Origin: Paracoccaceae bacterium
GTDB taxonomy: Bacteria; Pseudomonadota; Alphaproteobacteria; Rhodobacterales; Rhodobacteraceae
NCBI GenBank assembly: GCA_020846995.1
Contig: JADLCV010000127.1
Span: 19,364 to 83,363 of the forward strand
Length of the DNA: 64,000 bases
Direction: 5' to 3'
Made by a program: the position numbers and the translations under genes. Position 1 is the stretch's first letter. Every line of letters begins with the position of its first letter. The notes beneath the pieces are model-generated. The model was not told the origin of the DNA. It saw nothing but the letters and a program-made list of their open reading frames with translations, and did no database searches. This document shows positions 36,570-45,504 of the stretch, piece by piece.

Positions 36570-36618
36570 GGGCGCCTGCGCGCGGGGCCCGGCTCGGGCT
36601 CCCCGCCGGCGGCGGCCG

Positions 36619-37473
36619 TCAGGTCCCCTCGTAGGTCCGTTCGGCGGCCTCGATCGCGGCCAGCCCGATGAGGTCGTTGAACTCGTCGAACGAGAGCATG
36701 CGCTCGGCCGCGCGGCCGTAGGAGCCGGTGCGCTTCAGCTCGCCGAAATACTCGCGGAGCGCGAACGAGACGGCATAGAGGACATCGGCCTGGAGAACGA
36801 AGCGGTAGCCGAGATCCTGGAGTTCCGGCAGCGGGATGAGCGGCGAAAGGCCCTTGTAGACCCAGTTGTAGAGGAGGGGCCCGGCGATCCTTCGCGGGAT
36901 CTCGGCCGCCTCCTCCCGCGAGGTGATCGCCTCGACGAAGATGACGTCGGCGCCGGCCTCGCGGTAGGCGCCGGCGCGGTCGATGGCGGCCGCGAACCCC
37001 TCGACGGCAAGGGCGTCGGTGCGGGCGACGAGAAGGAAGTCCTCCGACCGGCGGGTATCGACGAAGGCCCTGATCTTGGCGATGAAGTCCCGGGCCGGCA
37101 CGATCCGCTTGCCCTTCATGTGGCCGCATTTCTTGGGCAGCACCTGGTCCTCGATGTGGATCGCGCTGGCGCCCGCCCGCTCCATCTCGCGCACCAGCCG
37201 CATGACGTTGAGGTAGTTGCCGTAGCCGTCGTCGCCGTCGGCGATGATCGGGGCCGTCGCGACGGCGGCGATCCGGCGCACCGCCTCGGCCTGCTCGCTC
37301 AGGGTCAGGAGGCCGACATCGGGCAGGCCGAGCCATGAGCCCGAGACGTTGTAGCCGCCGACGCTCAGCCAGTCGAAGCCGAACTCGCCCGCGATCCGCG
37401 CCGCGAGCGCGTTGTGGACGCTGACGATCTGGAACAGTCGGCCGGGGGTGCGGATGTTGTCGCGCAGGGACAT
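36619..37473 (-). CDS. Isocitrate lyase / PEP mutase superfamily enzyme
   Basis: 284 aa from ATG 37471-37473. It has DGDDGYGN and the ICL-family signature KKCGHM (PROSITE-type K-[KR]-C-G-H). The rest of the tracked 997-aa ORF is shadow. Confidence 0.85.
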   Translation of the reverse strand: MSLRDNIRTPGRLFQIVSVHNALAARIAGEFGFDWLSVGGYNVSGSWLGLPDVGLLTLSEQAEAVRRIAAVATAPIIADGDDGYGNYLNVMRLVREMERAGASAIHIEDQVLPKKCGHMKGKRIVPARDFIAKIRAFVDTRRSEDFLLVARTDALAVEGFAAAIDRAGAYREAGADVIFVEAITSREEAAEIPRRIAGPLLYNWVYKGLSPLIPLPELQDLGYRFVLQADVLYAVSFALREYFGELKRTGSYGRAAERMLSFDEFNDLIGLAAIEAAERTYEGT

Positions 37474-37520
37474 GGTGCCTCCGTTGGGCTGGTGCCCCCC
37501 GCCCGGACCTCGTGCCGCCG

Positions 37521-38810
37521 CTAGGGACGGGCGCCCATCAAGAGGTCGGGCAGCCAGAGGCTGAGGGCGGGGATATAGGTGAACAGCATCAGGCAGCCGA
37601 CGAGGATGAACAGGAACGGGATGCAGGCGACGACCAGCGTCTCGAACCGGATGTCGGTGATGCCCATCATGACGTAGAGCCCGATGCCCATCGGCGGGGT
37701 GATGATGCCGATGGTGATGTTGAGGCTGACGACGATCCCGAACTGGATCGGATCGACGCCGAGCGCGGTGACGACCGGCAGGAAGAGCGGCGTCGTCAGG
37801 ATCATCACCGGCAGGGGCTCGAGGATCGAGCCGAGGATGAGGAGGACGATGTTGACGAGCAGGAGGACGACCCAGGGGTTGCTGCTGATCGCGATGATGA
37901 GGTCGGTCAGGGCCATGGCGACGCCGTCGTAGGTGTAGATCCAGCCGGCCACGGTCGAGACCGCGATCACATACATGATCATGACCGTCGACTTGAAGGA
38001 ATCGACCAGCACCCGCCAAAGCTGACGCGGCCCCGCCTCGCGGTAGGCGAGGTTGAGCAGGAGCGCGTAGGCGGCGCAGAAGATCCCGACCTCGGTCGGG
38101 GTGAGGAGCCCGAAGCTGATGCCGACCAGCACGACGACCGGCAGCACGAGCGCGGGCGAGGTGGTGCCGAGGCGCCGGGTGACCTCGAGCGCCGGCTGGC
38201 GCGGCGACGGCCGGGCGACGTCGCGGCCGGTCACGGCCATGACGTAGACGGCCCCCATCATCGCGAAGCCGATGACGATGCCGGGGACGACCCCGGCGAG
38301 AAAGAGCCGGCCGATCGATTCCTGGGCGATGACGCCGTAGATCACGAGGTTGATCGAGGGCGGGATCATGGGCCCGATGACCGACGAGCAGAGCGTGAGC
38401 GCGGTCGCGTAGGCGCGGGTGTGGCCGCGCTTCTCCATCGCCGGGATACCCATGACGCCAAGCCCCGCGGCATCGGCGAGGGCCGATCCCGAGATGCCGG
38501 CGAAGATCATGTTGGCGATGACCATGACATGGCCGAGGCCGCCGCGGATGTGGCCCACGAGCGCGTCGGCGAAATCCCAGATGCGGCGGCTGAGGCCGCA
38601 GGCATTGAAGAGGTTGCCGGCAAGGATGAAGAACGGCAGCGCCAGGAGCGCCTGGCTCGAGACCCCCTCCATCATGAACTGCGGGATGACGACGAGGTTG
38701 CGGTCGAGGAGCACGAGCGGGAGGAGCGTCGAGAGCCCGATGGCCATCGACACCGGCACCCGCAGGCACATCAGGAGGACGAAGCCGAGGGTCAGGATCA
38801 GCGACATCAT
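37521..38810 (-). CDS. TRAP transporter large permease (DctM family)
   Basis: 429-aa polytopic protein: MMSLILTLGFVLLMCLRVPV...FFILAGNLFN... Confidence 0.9.
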   Translation of the reverse strand: MMSLILTLGFVLLMCLRVPVSMAIGLSTLLPLVLLDRNLVVIPQFMMEGVSSQALLALPFFILAGNLFNACGLSRRIWDFADALVGHIRGGLGHVMVIANMIFAGISGSALADAAGLGVMGIPAMEKRGHTRAYATALTLCSSVIGPMIPPSINLVIYGVIAQESIGRLFLAGVVPGIVIGFAMMGAVYVMAVTGRDVARPSPRQPALEVTRRLGTTSPALVLPVVVLVGISFGLLTPTEVGIFCAAYALLLNLAYREAGPRQLWRVLVDSFKSTVMIMYVIAVSTVAGWIYTYDGVAMALTDLIIAISSNPWVVLLLVNIVLLILGSILEPLPVMILTTPLFLPVVTALGVDPIQFGIVVSLNITIGIITPPMGIGLYVMMGITDIRFETLVVACIPFLFILVGCLMLFTYIPALSLWLPDLLMGARP

Positions 38811-38828
38811 GGCGCGGGGCCGCCCGGG

Positions 38829-39356
38829 CTAGGGGTGGTGGGCGTCGGGGCGGGGCGGGGCCGCGGGCCGGCCGAGGTCGGCGAGGCCGTCGAGAAGCTT
38901 GCGGATCGCGACGAGAAGGCCGAAGGCGGCACCGATCACGAGCGGGGCGTAGACCGCCGCCGCCGGCAGGGCGAGCACGGGGTGGCGGAAGCGCAGGCCC
39001 ATGCGGAAGAGGACGATCGCCTTGACCACCAGGACGACGAAGAAGAGGACGATCGCCGCCGCCGCGGCGAGGTCGATGCCCCGGCGCAGGCGGGGCGGCA
39101 GCCGCAGGTAGAAGTAGTCCATGCGGATGTCCTCGTCGCGGTTGAGGAGGGCGGGGTAGCCGGTGAAGTACATGGCGACGGCGAACAGCATGGCGAGGTC
39201 GCCGGCCTCGATCCAGGAACTCCCGGTGAGGCTTCGGGCGACGAGCTCGGCCCCCGACACGAGGGTGACGAGGGCGAGGAGGACGGCCCCGAGGACGGTC
39301 GCGCCGTCGGCGAGGGCATCGGTCACCGTGTCGACGACGGCGCGCAGTCGCTGCAT
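38829..39356 (-). CDS. TRAP transporter small permease (DctQ family)
   Basis: 175 aa from ATG 39354-39356 with four hydrophobic segments, positioned between the DctP and DctM genes. Confidence 0.8.
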   Translation of the reverse strand: MQRLRAVVDTVTDALADGATVLGAVLLALVTLVSGAELVARSLTGSSWIEAGDLAMLFAVAMYFTGYPALLNRDEDIRMDYFYLRLPPRLRRGIDLAAAAAIVLFFVVLVVKAIVLFRMGLRFRHPVLALPAAAVYAPLVIGAAFGLLVAIRKLLDGLADLGRPAAPPRPDAHHP

Positions 39357-39418
39357 GCCCGGCCCCCCCTGGGATGCCCCCCGGCCGCGCGCGGGCGGCC
39401 GGGGGGCGATGCGTCGGC

Positions 39419-40417
39419 CTAGCCCGCGGCGGCGATCGCCAGCACCCGGTCGTAGAGCCCCGCGGGGATGAACCCCTCGGCCTCCAGCGCGCGGACGACC
39501 GGCTGCATGAGCGCGATGCCCGGCGCGAGGTCGATGGTGGTGAAGTCGGCCCCGTCCTGCTCGCGCATGAGGGCGATGTCGGCGTCCCCGCGCGTCTCCT
39601 GCTCGGCGACATACCACTGGCCGGCCTCGGCCGCGGCGGCGAGGAGGGCCGCCCGCTGGTCCCCGGTCAGGCTCTCGAAGCGGTCCTTGTTGATGACCGG
39701 CAGCAGCACCTGCCAGAACTCGTCGGTGCGGATGATGTGCTTGGCGACCTCGGTGAACTTCATCGGCCGCACGAGGCTGATGGGCGAGGTCACGGCCTCG
39801 ACCGTGCCCTGCTTCAGGCCGAGGTAGACGTCGGTCCAGGCCAGCACGACCATGTCGGTGCCGACGGCGCCCCAGGCCTTGCGCCAGGTGTCGATGGGGG
39901 CGATGCGGAACTTCAGGCCGCGCATGTCGGCGATGCTGGTGATCGGGCGCGTGCTGACCATCACCCGGTAGGGCCCGCGCTCCCAGTTGGAGTTGAGCAC
40001 GACGAGCCCGGCCGCCGCCAGCGGGTCGATGAGGATGTCGTTCCAGACCGGGTCCTCGGTGACGCGGCGGAAGGCCGCCTGGCTCGGGATGACCCAGTTG
40101 AGGCCGAGGAGCTTCAGCCCGTCGCTGAAGCGCTCGAACTCGGGGCTGCCGCCGAAATAGAGGTCCTGGTTGCCGATCATGGTGCTGTCGATCTGGGCCA
40201 CGCCCTTGCCGAGCTGCTCGGAGGGAAAGACCTCTACCACGACCGCGCCGCCGGTCTTTTCCCGGACCAGTTCGGCGAAGCGGTCGACGGCCATGCCCTC
40301 GAGGCTGTCCTTGGGCGAGATGTGGCCCGCCTTGAGGACGGTTTCGGCCGCCGCCCCGCCGGTGCCCATGGCAAGGGCGAGGAGCGAGGCCGCGAGCACA
40401 GTGCCAAGCCGTTTCAT
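39419..40417 (-). CDS. TRAP transporter substrate-binding protein (DctP family)
   Basis: 332 aa with signal peptide MKRLGTVLAASLLALAMGTGGAAA, then TVLKAGHISPKDS..., typical of DctP. Confidence 0.9.
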   Translation of the reverse strand: MKRLGTVLAASLLALAMGTGGAAAETVLKAGHISPKDSLEGMAVDRFAELVREKTGGAVVVEVFPSEQLGKGVAQIDSTMIGNQDLYFGGSPEFERFSDGLKLLGLNWVIPSQAAFRRVTEDPVWNDILIDPLAAAGLVVLNSNWERGPYRVMVSTRPITSIADMRGLKFRIAPIDTWRKAWGAVGTDMVVLAWTDVYLGLKQGTVEAVTSPISLVRPMKFTEVAKHIIRTDEFWQVLLPVINKDRFESLTGDQRAALLAAAAEAGQWYVAEQETRGDADIALMREQDGADFTTIDLAPGIALMQPVVRALEAEGFIPAGLYDRVLAIAAAG

Positions 40418-40499
40418 GTCGCGTCTCCCTTCGTTGCGACGTTGTCCTGCAGTCCCGGCGCGGCCGCCCCCCGCGGGCCGGGCCGCGGCCGCGCCCCCG

Positions 40500-43400
40500 T
40501 CACGGTGCGCCGGCGCCCGCGGGCGGCGCCGTCACCTTGCCGTCCCTCCGGTCGCGGGCGATCGCCTCGGCGGCCCGTGCCCCCGGATCGCCGAAGCCCC
40601 CGCCGCCCGCCGTCTCGACGACCACGCGGCCGCCCTTGGCGACCTCGACCGTGCACTTCGAGGGCAGGTCGCGGCGCTCGCCCGCGGGATCGAGGATGAA
40701 CTTCGGCGTCCGCCCGGGCCCCCCGCCCATGAGCCCCCAGGGGGCGAAGCGGCGGCCGTCCGAGAGCACCGTCCAGGTGCAGGCGGCATAGGGGAACTCG
40801 AACTCGCGCCGGATCCCGAGGCCGCCGCGGAAGCGGCCGGTGCCGCCGCTGTCGGCGATGAGCTCGTAGCGGCGGATGCGGATCGGGTAGTGAAGCTCGA
40901 CCTCCTCGATGGGGGCATTCTCGGTGTTCTGGATGTTGGTCTGGACGGCGTCGGGGCCGTCCTTGGTCGGCCGGGCCCCGTTGCCGCCGGCGATCGTCTC
41001 CATGTAGCAGTAGTATTCGCCGCGCCGCGGGTCCTGGCCGCCGAAGCCGATGTTGACGATGCAGCCCTTGCCGGCGGCGGGGATGCGGTCGGGCATGACC
41101 GGGTGGAGGGCGAGGAAGACGACCTCGGTCAGACGCGAGACGAGTTCCCAGCCGCCGACGACCGCGGCCGGCCGCACGGCCGTGCAGACGAGCCCGTCGG
41201 GGCCGGTCAGGTGGACGCGCCGCAGAAGCCCCTCGTTGACGGGGATGCGGTCGTCGATCAGGCAGCGGGTGACGAAGACGGCGGCCGTGCGGGCCATGGC
41301 GCGGTTGCAGTTGAGCGGGCTTGGCCGCTGGGAGTCCGAGCCCGTCACGTCGACGGTGACGTGGCCGTCGGCGATCGTCACCGCGACCCTGAGCCTGACC
41401 GGCCGGTCGGTGACGCCGTCGTCGTCGCGGAACCCCTCGGCCGCATAGACGCCCTCGGGAAGCTTGCGGATCTCGCGCTCGGCCCAGCGTTCGGTGTAGG
41501 CGATGAGCTCGTCGAAGAAGCCCTCGAGCGTCCCGACCCCGTGCCGCTCGGCGAGATCGACCAGCCGGCGCGCCCCCACGACCGAGGCCGAGAGCTGGGC
41601 GAGGAGGTCGCCGTTGGTCTCGCGGGGGGCGCGGATGTTGGCGAGGATGAGGCGCAGCACGTTCTGGTCGACCTCGCCGCCGGTGGCGACGAGTGTCGGC
41701 GGCAGGACGATGCCCTCCTGGAAGATCTCCTTGTTGACGCCGAGGCTCGCGGGCTGCGAGCCGCCGACGTCGATGTGGTGGGCCATGTTGGCGACATAGC
41801 CGATGCGGCGGCCGCCGGCGTCGACGGCGCTGATGATGGCGACGTCGTTGAGGTGGCTCGAGCCGCGGTGGGGATCGTTGACGATGAGCGACTGGCCGGG
41901 CAGGAGCTGCTCGGGCCCGTATTCGCGGAGCGCGTTGGGGGTGATCTCGCTCATCGCCACGAGATGGGCGGGCTGGGCGAAGGACTGCGCCACGCAGCGC
42001 AGGTTGCGGTCGAAGAAGGCGCAGGAGAAATCGGCGCGGGTCTTGATGTTGGTCGAGAAGGCGGCGCGGCGGATCGTCAGCGCCATCTCCTCGGTGGCGT
42101 TGACGACGCCGTTGCGCAGGACCTCGAAGGTGACGGGATCCATCGCCCCCCCGATGTCGCCGCCGGCGGGGGCCCGGGCGGCCGCGGCCGCGGGCGGCCG
42201 CGCCGCCGCCGTCGCGGCGTCGCCCCCGGCAGCCTCCGCGGCGGCCTCGAAGGTGACGACGAGATTGCCGAAGTCGTCGACCGTGACCCTCGCCCCGGGC
42301 GGGATCACCGTCGTCGTGTCCATCTGCTCGACGATCGCGGGGCCGGCGAAGGCGTCGGCGGCGCGCAGGCGGGCGCGGTCGTAGATCGTCGTGAGGGCGG
42401 CCCCGCCCGTCTCGCGGAAGTGGACGGCGCGGACGCCCTTCACCGCCCCCGCCGGGTTGCCGTCGCCCGCCGGCACGCGGCGGACGGTCGGGCGGTCGAC
42501 CCGGCCCGTCGCGGTCAGGCGCAGGTTGACGAACTGCACCGGCTCGCGGGCGTTGGCAAACCCGTAGGCCTCGATGTGGCGGCGGTGGAAGGCCGCGGCC
42601 ATGACCTCGGCGATGCCGCCGTCGATGGCCGCGGGCACCGGCACCTTGAGCTGGAAGGACTGGCCGACATAGCACATGGCGATCTCGCGCAGGATGTGGA
42701 TGCGGTCCGCGCCCACGCCCTCGTCCTCGAGAAGGGCGCGCGTCACCGCTTCCATCTCGCCGAAGACGGCCGCGAGTTCGGCCGCATCGGTCTGGCGGGC
42801 GGGCTTCATCAGGGTCCGCACGAGTTCGTGCTTGAGGTCGGTGGCGAGAAGCCCGACCGCCGAGTTGAGCCCGGGGGCCGGGGGGATGAGGACCCTGGGC
42901 ACGCCGAGCGCGCGGGCGATGGCGCAGGCCTGCATGGGGCCGGCCCCGCCCGAGGGCACGAGGACGTAGCCGCGCGGGTCGATCCCCTGCTCGACCGAGA
43001 TGAAGTTGAGCGCGCTCGTCATCTTGGCATCGGCGATGTCGATGATCGCCTGGGCGGCGGCGACGACGCTGACGCCCATGGGCCCGGCGACGCGGCGGGC
43101 GATCGCCGCCTCGGCCAGCGAGGGATCAAGCCGTCTTTCGCCGCCGAGGAAGTAGTCGGGATTGATGCGGCCGAGGACGAGGTTGGCGTCCGTCAGCGTC
43201 GGCTCGCGGCCGCCGGCGGCGTAGCAGGCCGGACCGGGGAGGGCGCCCGCGCTCTCGGGCCCGACGGCGAGCGCCCCGCCGGGGTCGAGATGGGCGATCG
43301 AGCCGCCGCCGGCCCCGATCTCGACGAGGCTGATGACCGGCGTCAGCACCGGATAGCCCTGCCCGCGCTGGGCGGTGACGGTGGCGACGGCCGAGGAGCC

Positions 43401-44369
43401 GACCTCGAACTGCTCGGCGATCGTCGGCGTGCCGTCGTTGACGAGCGCGGCCTTGGCCGTCGTGCCGCCGATGTCGAGGGCGAGGAGGTTCCGGTGGCCG
43501 GCGAGCCCGGCGATGAAGGCCGCGCCGATGACGCCCGCGGCCGGGCCCGATTCGACGAGGTGGACAGGATGGCGCTTGGCAACGTTGGCGGCGATGATGC
43601 CGCCCGACGAGCTCATGAGGTGCAGGCCCGAGCCGACCCCGATCGCCTCCAGCCGGTCCTCGAGGCGGCCGATGTAGGGGCCGATGCGCGGCTGCAGCAC
43701 GGCGTTGACGACGGCCGTCGAGGTCCGCGGATACTCCCGGTATTCCGGGCTGATGTGCGAGGAGAGCACGACCGGGATGCCGGGCACCTCCTCGGCGAGG
43801 ATCTCCTGGCAGCGCCGTTCGTGGGCGGGGTCCTTGTAGGAATGCAGGAAGGCGACGGCGATCGCCTCCACCCCCGCGGCCGCAAGCTCGCGCGCGGCCG
43901 CCCGCACGGCCTCCTCGTCGAGCGGCACCAGGACGACGGCGTCGCCGTCGATGCGCTCGGGGACGCCCTTGCAGAGGTGGCGCGGGATGAGGGGCTTCGC
44001 CTTGTCGTAGAAGACGTCGTAGAGCGTCGGCCGGGTCTGGTAGGCGATCTCGAGGACGTCGCGGAAGCCCTCCGAGGTGATGAGCCCGGCCCTCGCACCC
44101 TTGCCCTGGATGATCGTGTTGGTGGCGATGGTGGTGCCGTGGACGGTGAACGCGAGCGCCGCGGCGGCGATGTCGTGGCCCGCGAGCGCCTTGAGGATGC
44201 CGTGGATGCAGCCGTCCGAGGGATCGTCAGGAACGGTCGCGACCTTGGCCACCCGGATCTCGCCCGTCGCTTCCTCGACCATGACGATGTCGGTGAAGGT
44301 TCCGCCGACATCGACGCCGACGCGATGGCCCGAGGGCCCCGAGCCGCGCCCGCCCGCTGCCTCTGCCAT
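40500..44369 (-). CDS. Fused hydantoinase A / hydantoinase B (oxoprolinase family) protein, 1289 codons
   Basis: ATG at 44367-44369. The HyuA part is VGVDVGGTFTDIV...LDIGGTTAKAALV. An Ala/Pro-rich linker follows with no stop. The HyuB part is MDPVTFEVLRNGVVNATEEM...NDPHRGSSHLNDV...GGGGFGDP. The tracked ORF extends further upstream (to 45221) only as antisense shadow of the GntR gene. Confidence 0.85.
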   Translation of the reverse strand: MAEAAGGRGSGPSGHRVGVDVGGTFTDIVMVEEATGEIRVAKVATVPDDPSDGCIHGILKALAGHDIAAAALAFTVHGTTIATNTIIQGKGARAGLITSEGFRDVLEIAYQTRPTLYDVFYDKAKPLIPRHLCKGVPERIDGDAVVLVPLDEEAVRAAARELAAAGVEAIAVAFLHSYKDPAHERRCQEILAEEVPGIPVVLSSHISPEYREYPRTSTAVVNAVLQPRIGPYIGRLEDRLEAIGVGSGLHLMSSSGGIIAANVAKRHPVHLVESGPAAGVIGAAFIAGLAGHRNLLALDIGGTTAKAALVNDGTPTIAEQFEVGSSAVATVTAQRGQGYPVLTPVISLVEIGAGGGSIAHLDPGGALAVGPESAGALPGPACYAAGGREPTLTDANLVLGRINPDYFLGGERRLDPSLAEAAIARRVAGPMGVSVVAAAQAIIDIADAKMTSALNFISVEQGIDPRGYVLVPSGGAGPMQACAIARALGVPRVLIPPAPGLNSAVGLLATDLKHELVRTLMKPARQTDAAELAAVFGEMEAVTRALLEDEGVGADRIHILREIAMCYVGQSFQLKVPVPAAIDGGIAEVMAAAFHRRHIEAYGFANAREPVQFVNLRLTATGRVDRPTVRRVPAGDGNPAGAVKGVRAVHFRETGGAALTTIYDRARLRAADAFAGPAIVEQMDTTTVIPPGARVTVDDFGNLVVTFEAAAEAAGGDAATAAARPPAAAAARAPAGGDIGGAMDPVTFEVLRNGVVNATEEMALTIRRAAFSTNIKTRADFSCAFFDRNLRCVAQSFAQPAHLVAMSEITPNALREYGPEQLLPGQSLIVNDPHRGSSHLNDVAIISAVDAGGRRIGYVANMAHHIDVGGSQPASLGVNKEIFQEGIVLPPTLVATGGEVDQNVLRLILANIRAPRETNGDLLAQLSASVVGARRLVDLAERHGVGTLEGFFDELIAYTERWAEREIRKLPEGVYAAEGFRDDDGVTDRPVRLRVAVTIADGHVTVDVTGSDSQRPSPLNCNRAMARTAAVFVTRCLIDDRIPVNEGLLRRVHLTGPDGLVCTAVRPAAVVGGWELVSRLTEVVFLALHPVMPDRIPAAGKGCIVNIGFGGQDPRRGEYYCYMETIAGGNGARPTKDGPDAVQTNIQNTENAPIEEVELHYPIRIRRYELIADSGGTGRFRGGLGIRREFEFPYAACTWTVLSDGRRFAPWGLMGGGPGRTPKFILDPAGERRDLPSKCTVEVAKGGRVVVETAGGGGFGDPGARAAEAIARDRRDGKVTAPPAGAGAP

Positions 44370-44423
44370 GGCCCCGCCCTCCGCCGGGGACGCGGCCGGG
44401 GATGGCCGGGCCCACCTGTCGAC

Positions 44424-44439
44424 ATCGTGCATACACGAT
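44424..44439. promoter_or_regulatory. Candidate GntR/FadR-type operator ATCGTGCATACACGAT
   Basis: Inverted repeat ATCGTG-N4-CACGAT containing a GT-N-AC core, in the 183-bp divergent region between the hydantoinase operon and the GntR gene. Confidence 0.4.
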
Positions 44440-44552
44440 CCATGCGGATTCGCCAAGCCTTTCCCGTCCCCCTGTGCTAGGAGGGCAGGGGACGCCGGAG
44501 GGCGGCCGGGCCGGGGCGGCCCTTCGGGGCGCGAGGGGCGAGGGGGAGGCAG

Positions 44553-45284
44553 GTGGAGGACGCGACGCGATCGGGGGACGGGCGCCGGCCGGCGCGGGCG
44601 CTGCCCAAGGGCAAGGGCAGCCAGCGCGTCCATGCCCTCCTCAAGGAGCGCATCCTCTCGCTCGACCTCCCCCCCGGCATGCCGGTCGAGGAGGGGCGGC
44701 TCGCCGCCGAGCTCGGGGTCTCGCGGACCCCCATCCGCGAGGCGCTGATCCGCCTCGGCGCCGAGCGGCTGGTGACACTCCTGCCCAACCGCGGCGCCGT
44801 GGTCGCCGACCTCAGCCTCGCCGACGTGCGCGACTATTTCGAGGCCCTCGAGTTCGTGCAGTCGACGACCACCGGCCTCGCCGCCGGGCGTTGCGACGAC
44901 CGCGGCCTGGCCGCGATCGAGCGCCACCTGCAGGAGTTCGAGGACTGCGCCGCCCGCCGCGACAGCAACCGCATGATCGAGACCAACCGCGACTTCCACG
45001 TCGCCATCGCCGCCGCGGCCGGCAACCGCTGCCTCTACGCGATCTCGGTCAGCCTCTACAACGAGGGCCTGCGGGTGTCGCGCATGGCCGTCACCTACGA
45101 CTTCGATCGCGAGCACTCGCTTGCCGACCACCTCCGGACGATTGTCGTCCAGCACCGCGACCTCGTGGCCCTGATCCGCGCCCGCGACGCCGACGGCGCG
45201 GCCCGCCTCGCCGGCGCCCACAACGACCTCGCCCGCCGGCGCGTGGCCGAGGTGATGGGCGAGGCCCTCGCCGGGCGGCGCTGA
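44553..45284 (+). CDS. GntR family (FadR/FCD subfamily) transcriptional regulator
   Basis: GTG start after GGAGG. wHTH region EGRLAAELGVSRTPIREALIRLGAERLV and a C-terminal FCD-like helical domain. Confidence 0.9.
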   Translation: MEDATRSGDGRRPARALPKGKGSQRVHALLKERILSLDLPPGMPVEEGRLAAELGVSRTPIREALIRLGAERLVTLLPNRGAVVADLSLADVRDYFEALEFVQSTTTGLAAGRCDDRGLAAIERHLQEFEDCAARRDSNRMIETNRDFHVAIAAAAGNRCLYAISVSLYNEGLRVSRMAVTYDFDREHSLADHLRTIVVQHRDLVALIRARDADGAARLAGAHNDLARRRVAEVMGEALAGRR

Positions 45285-45504
45285 GGCGCCGGGGCGCCCG
45301 GGCCGCCCCGGGGGCCGAGCGGGCCCGCGAGGGCGGGCGCGGCGTCCGCTTCCGCGGCGCGGGCCGGCGAGGGCCCCAGGGGGGGCGGGATCCCCGGCCG
45401 CCCGGGCGGGCCTGGGACCGGCGCGGGCGGCCCGGCCGCGGCGCCCCTTCCCCTCCGGACGCCATTGCGCTAAGGCCGCCCCCGGCAGCCGAAGGGAGGG
45501 CCCG

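Noticed and set aside
40170-44480. 1436-aa plus-strand ORF, together with the 753-aa minus ORF 40414..42675
   Set aside because: Both are alternative-frame or antisense shadows of the hydantoinase fusion gene. They have extreme R/G/D/A content and no recognisable motifs.
44370-45221. N-terminal 284 codons of the tracked 1573-aa hydantoinase ORF
   Set aside because: This part is antisense to the well-supported GntR gene and crosses the promoter region. The HyuA motif VGVDVGGTFTD begins right after ATG 44369, so the start was moved there.
23561-45300. Accessory block between rpsO and asd as a mobile genomic island
   Set aside because: No integrase, transposase, tRNA attachment site, flanking direct repeats or obvious compositional shift could be seen. 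Only the break in rpsO-pnp synteny suggests rearrangement.
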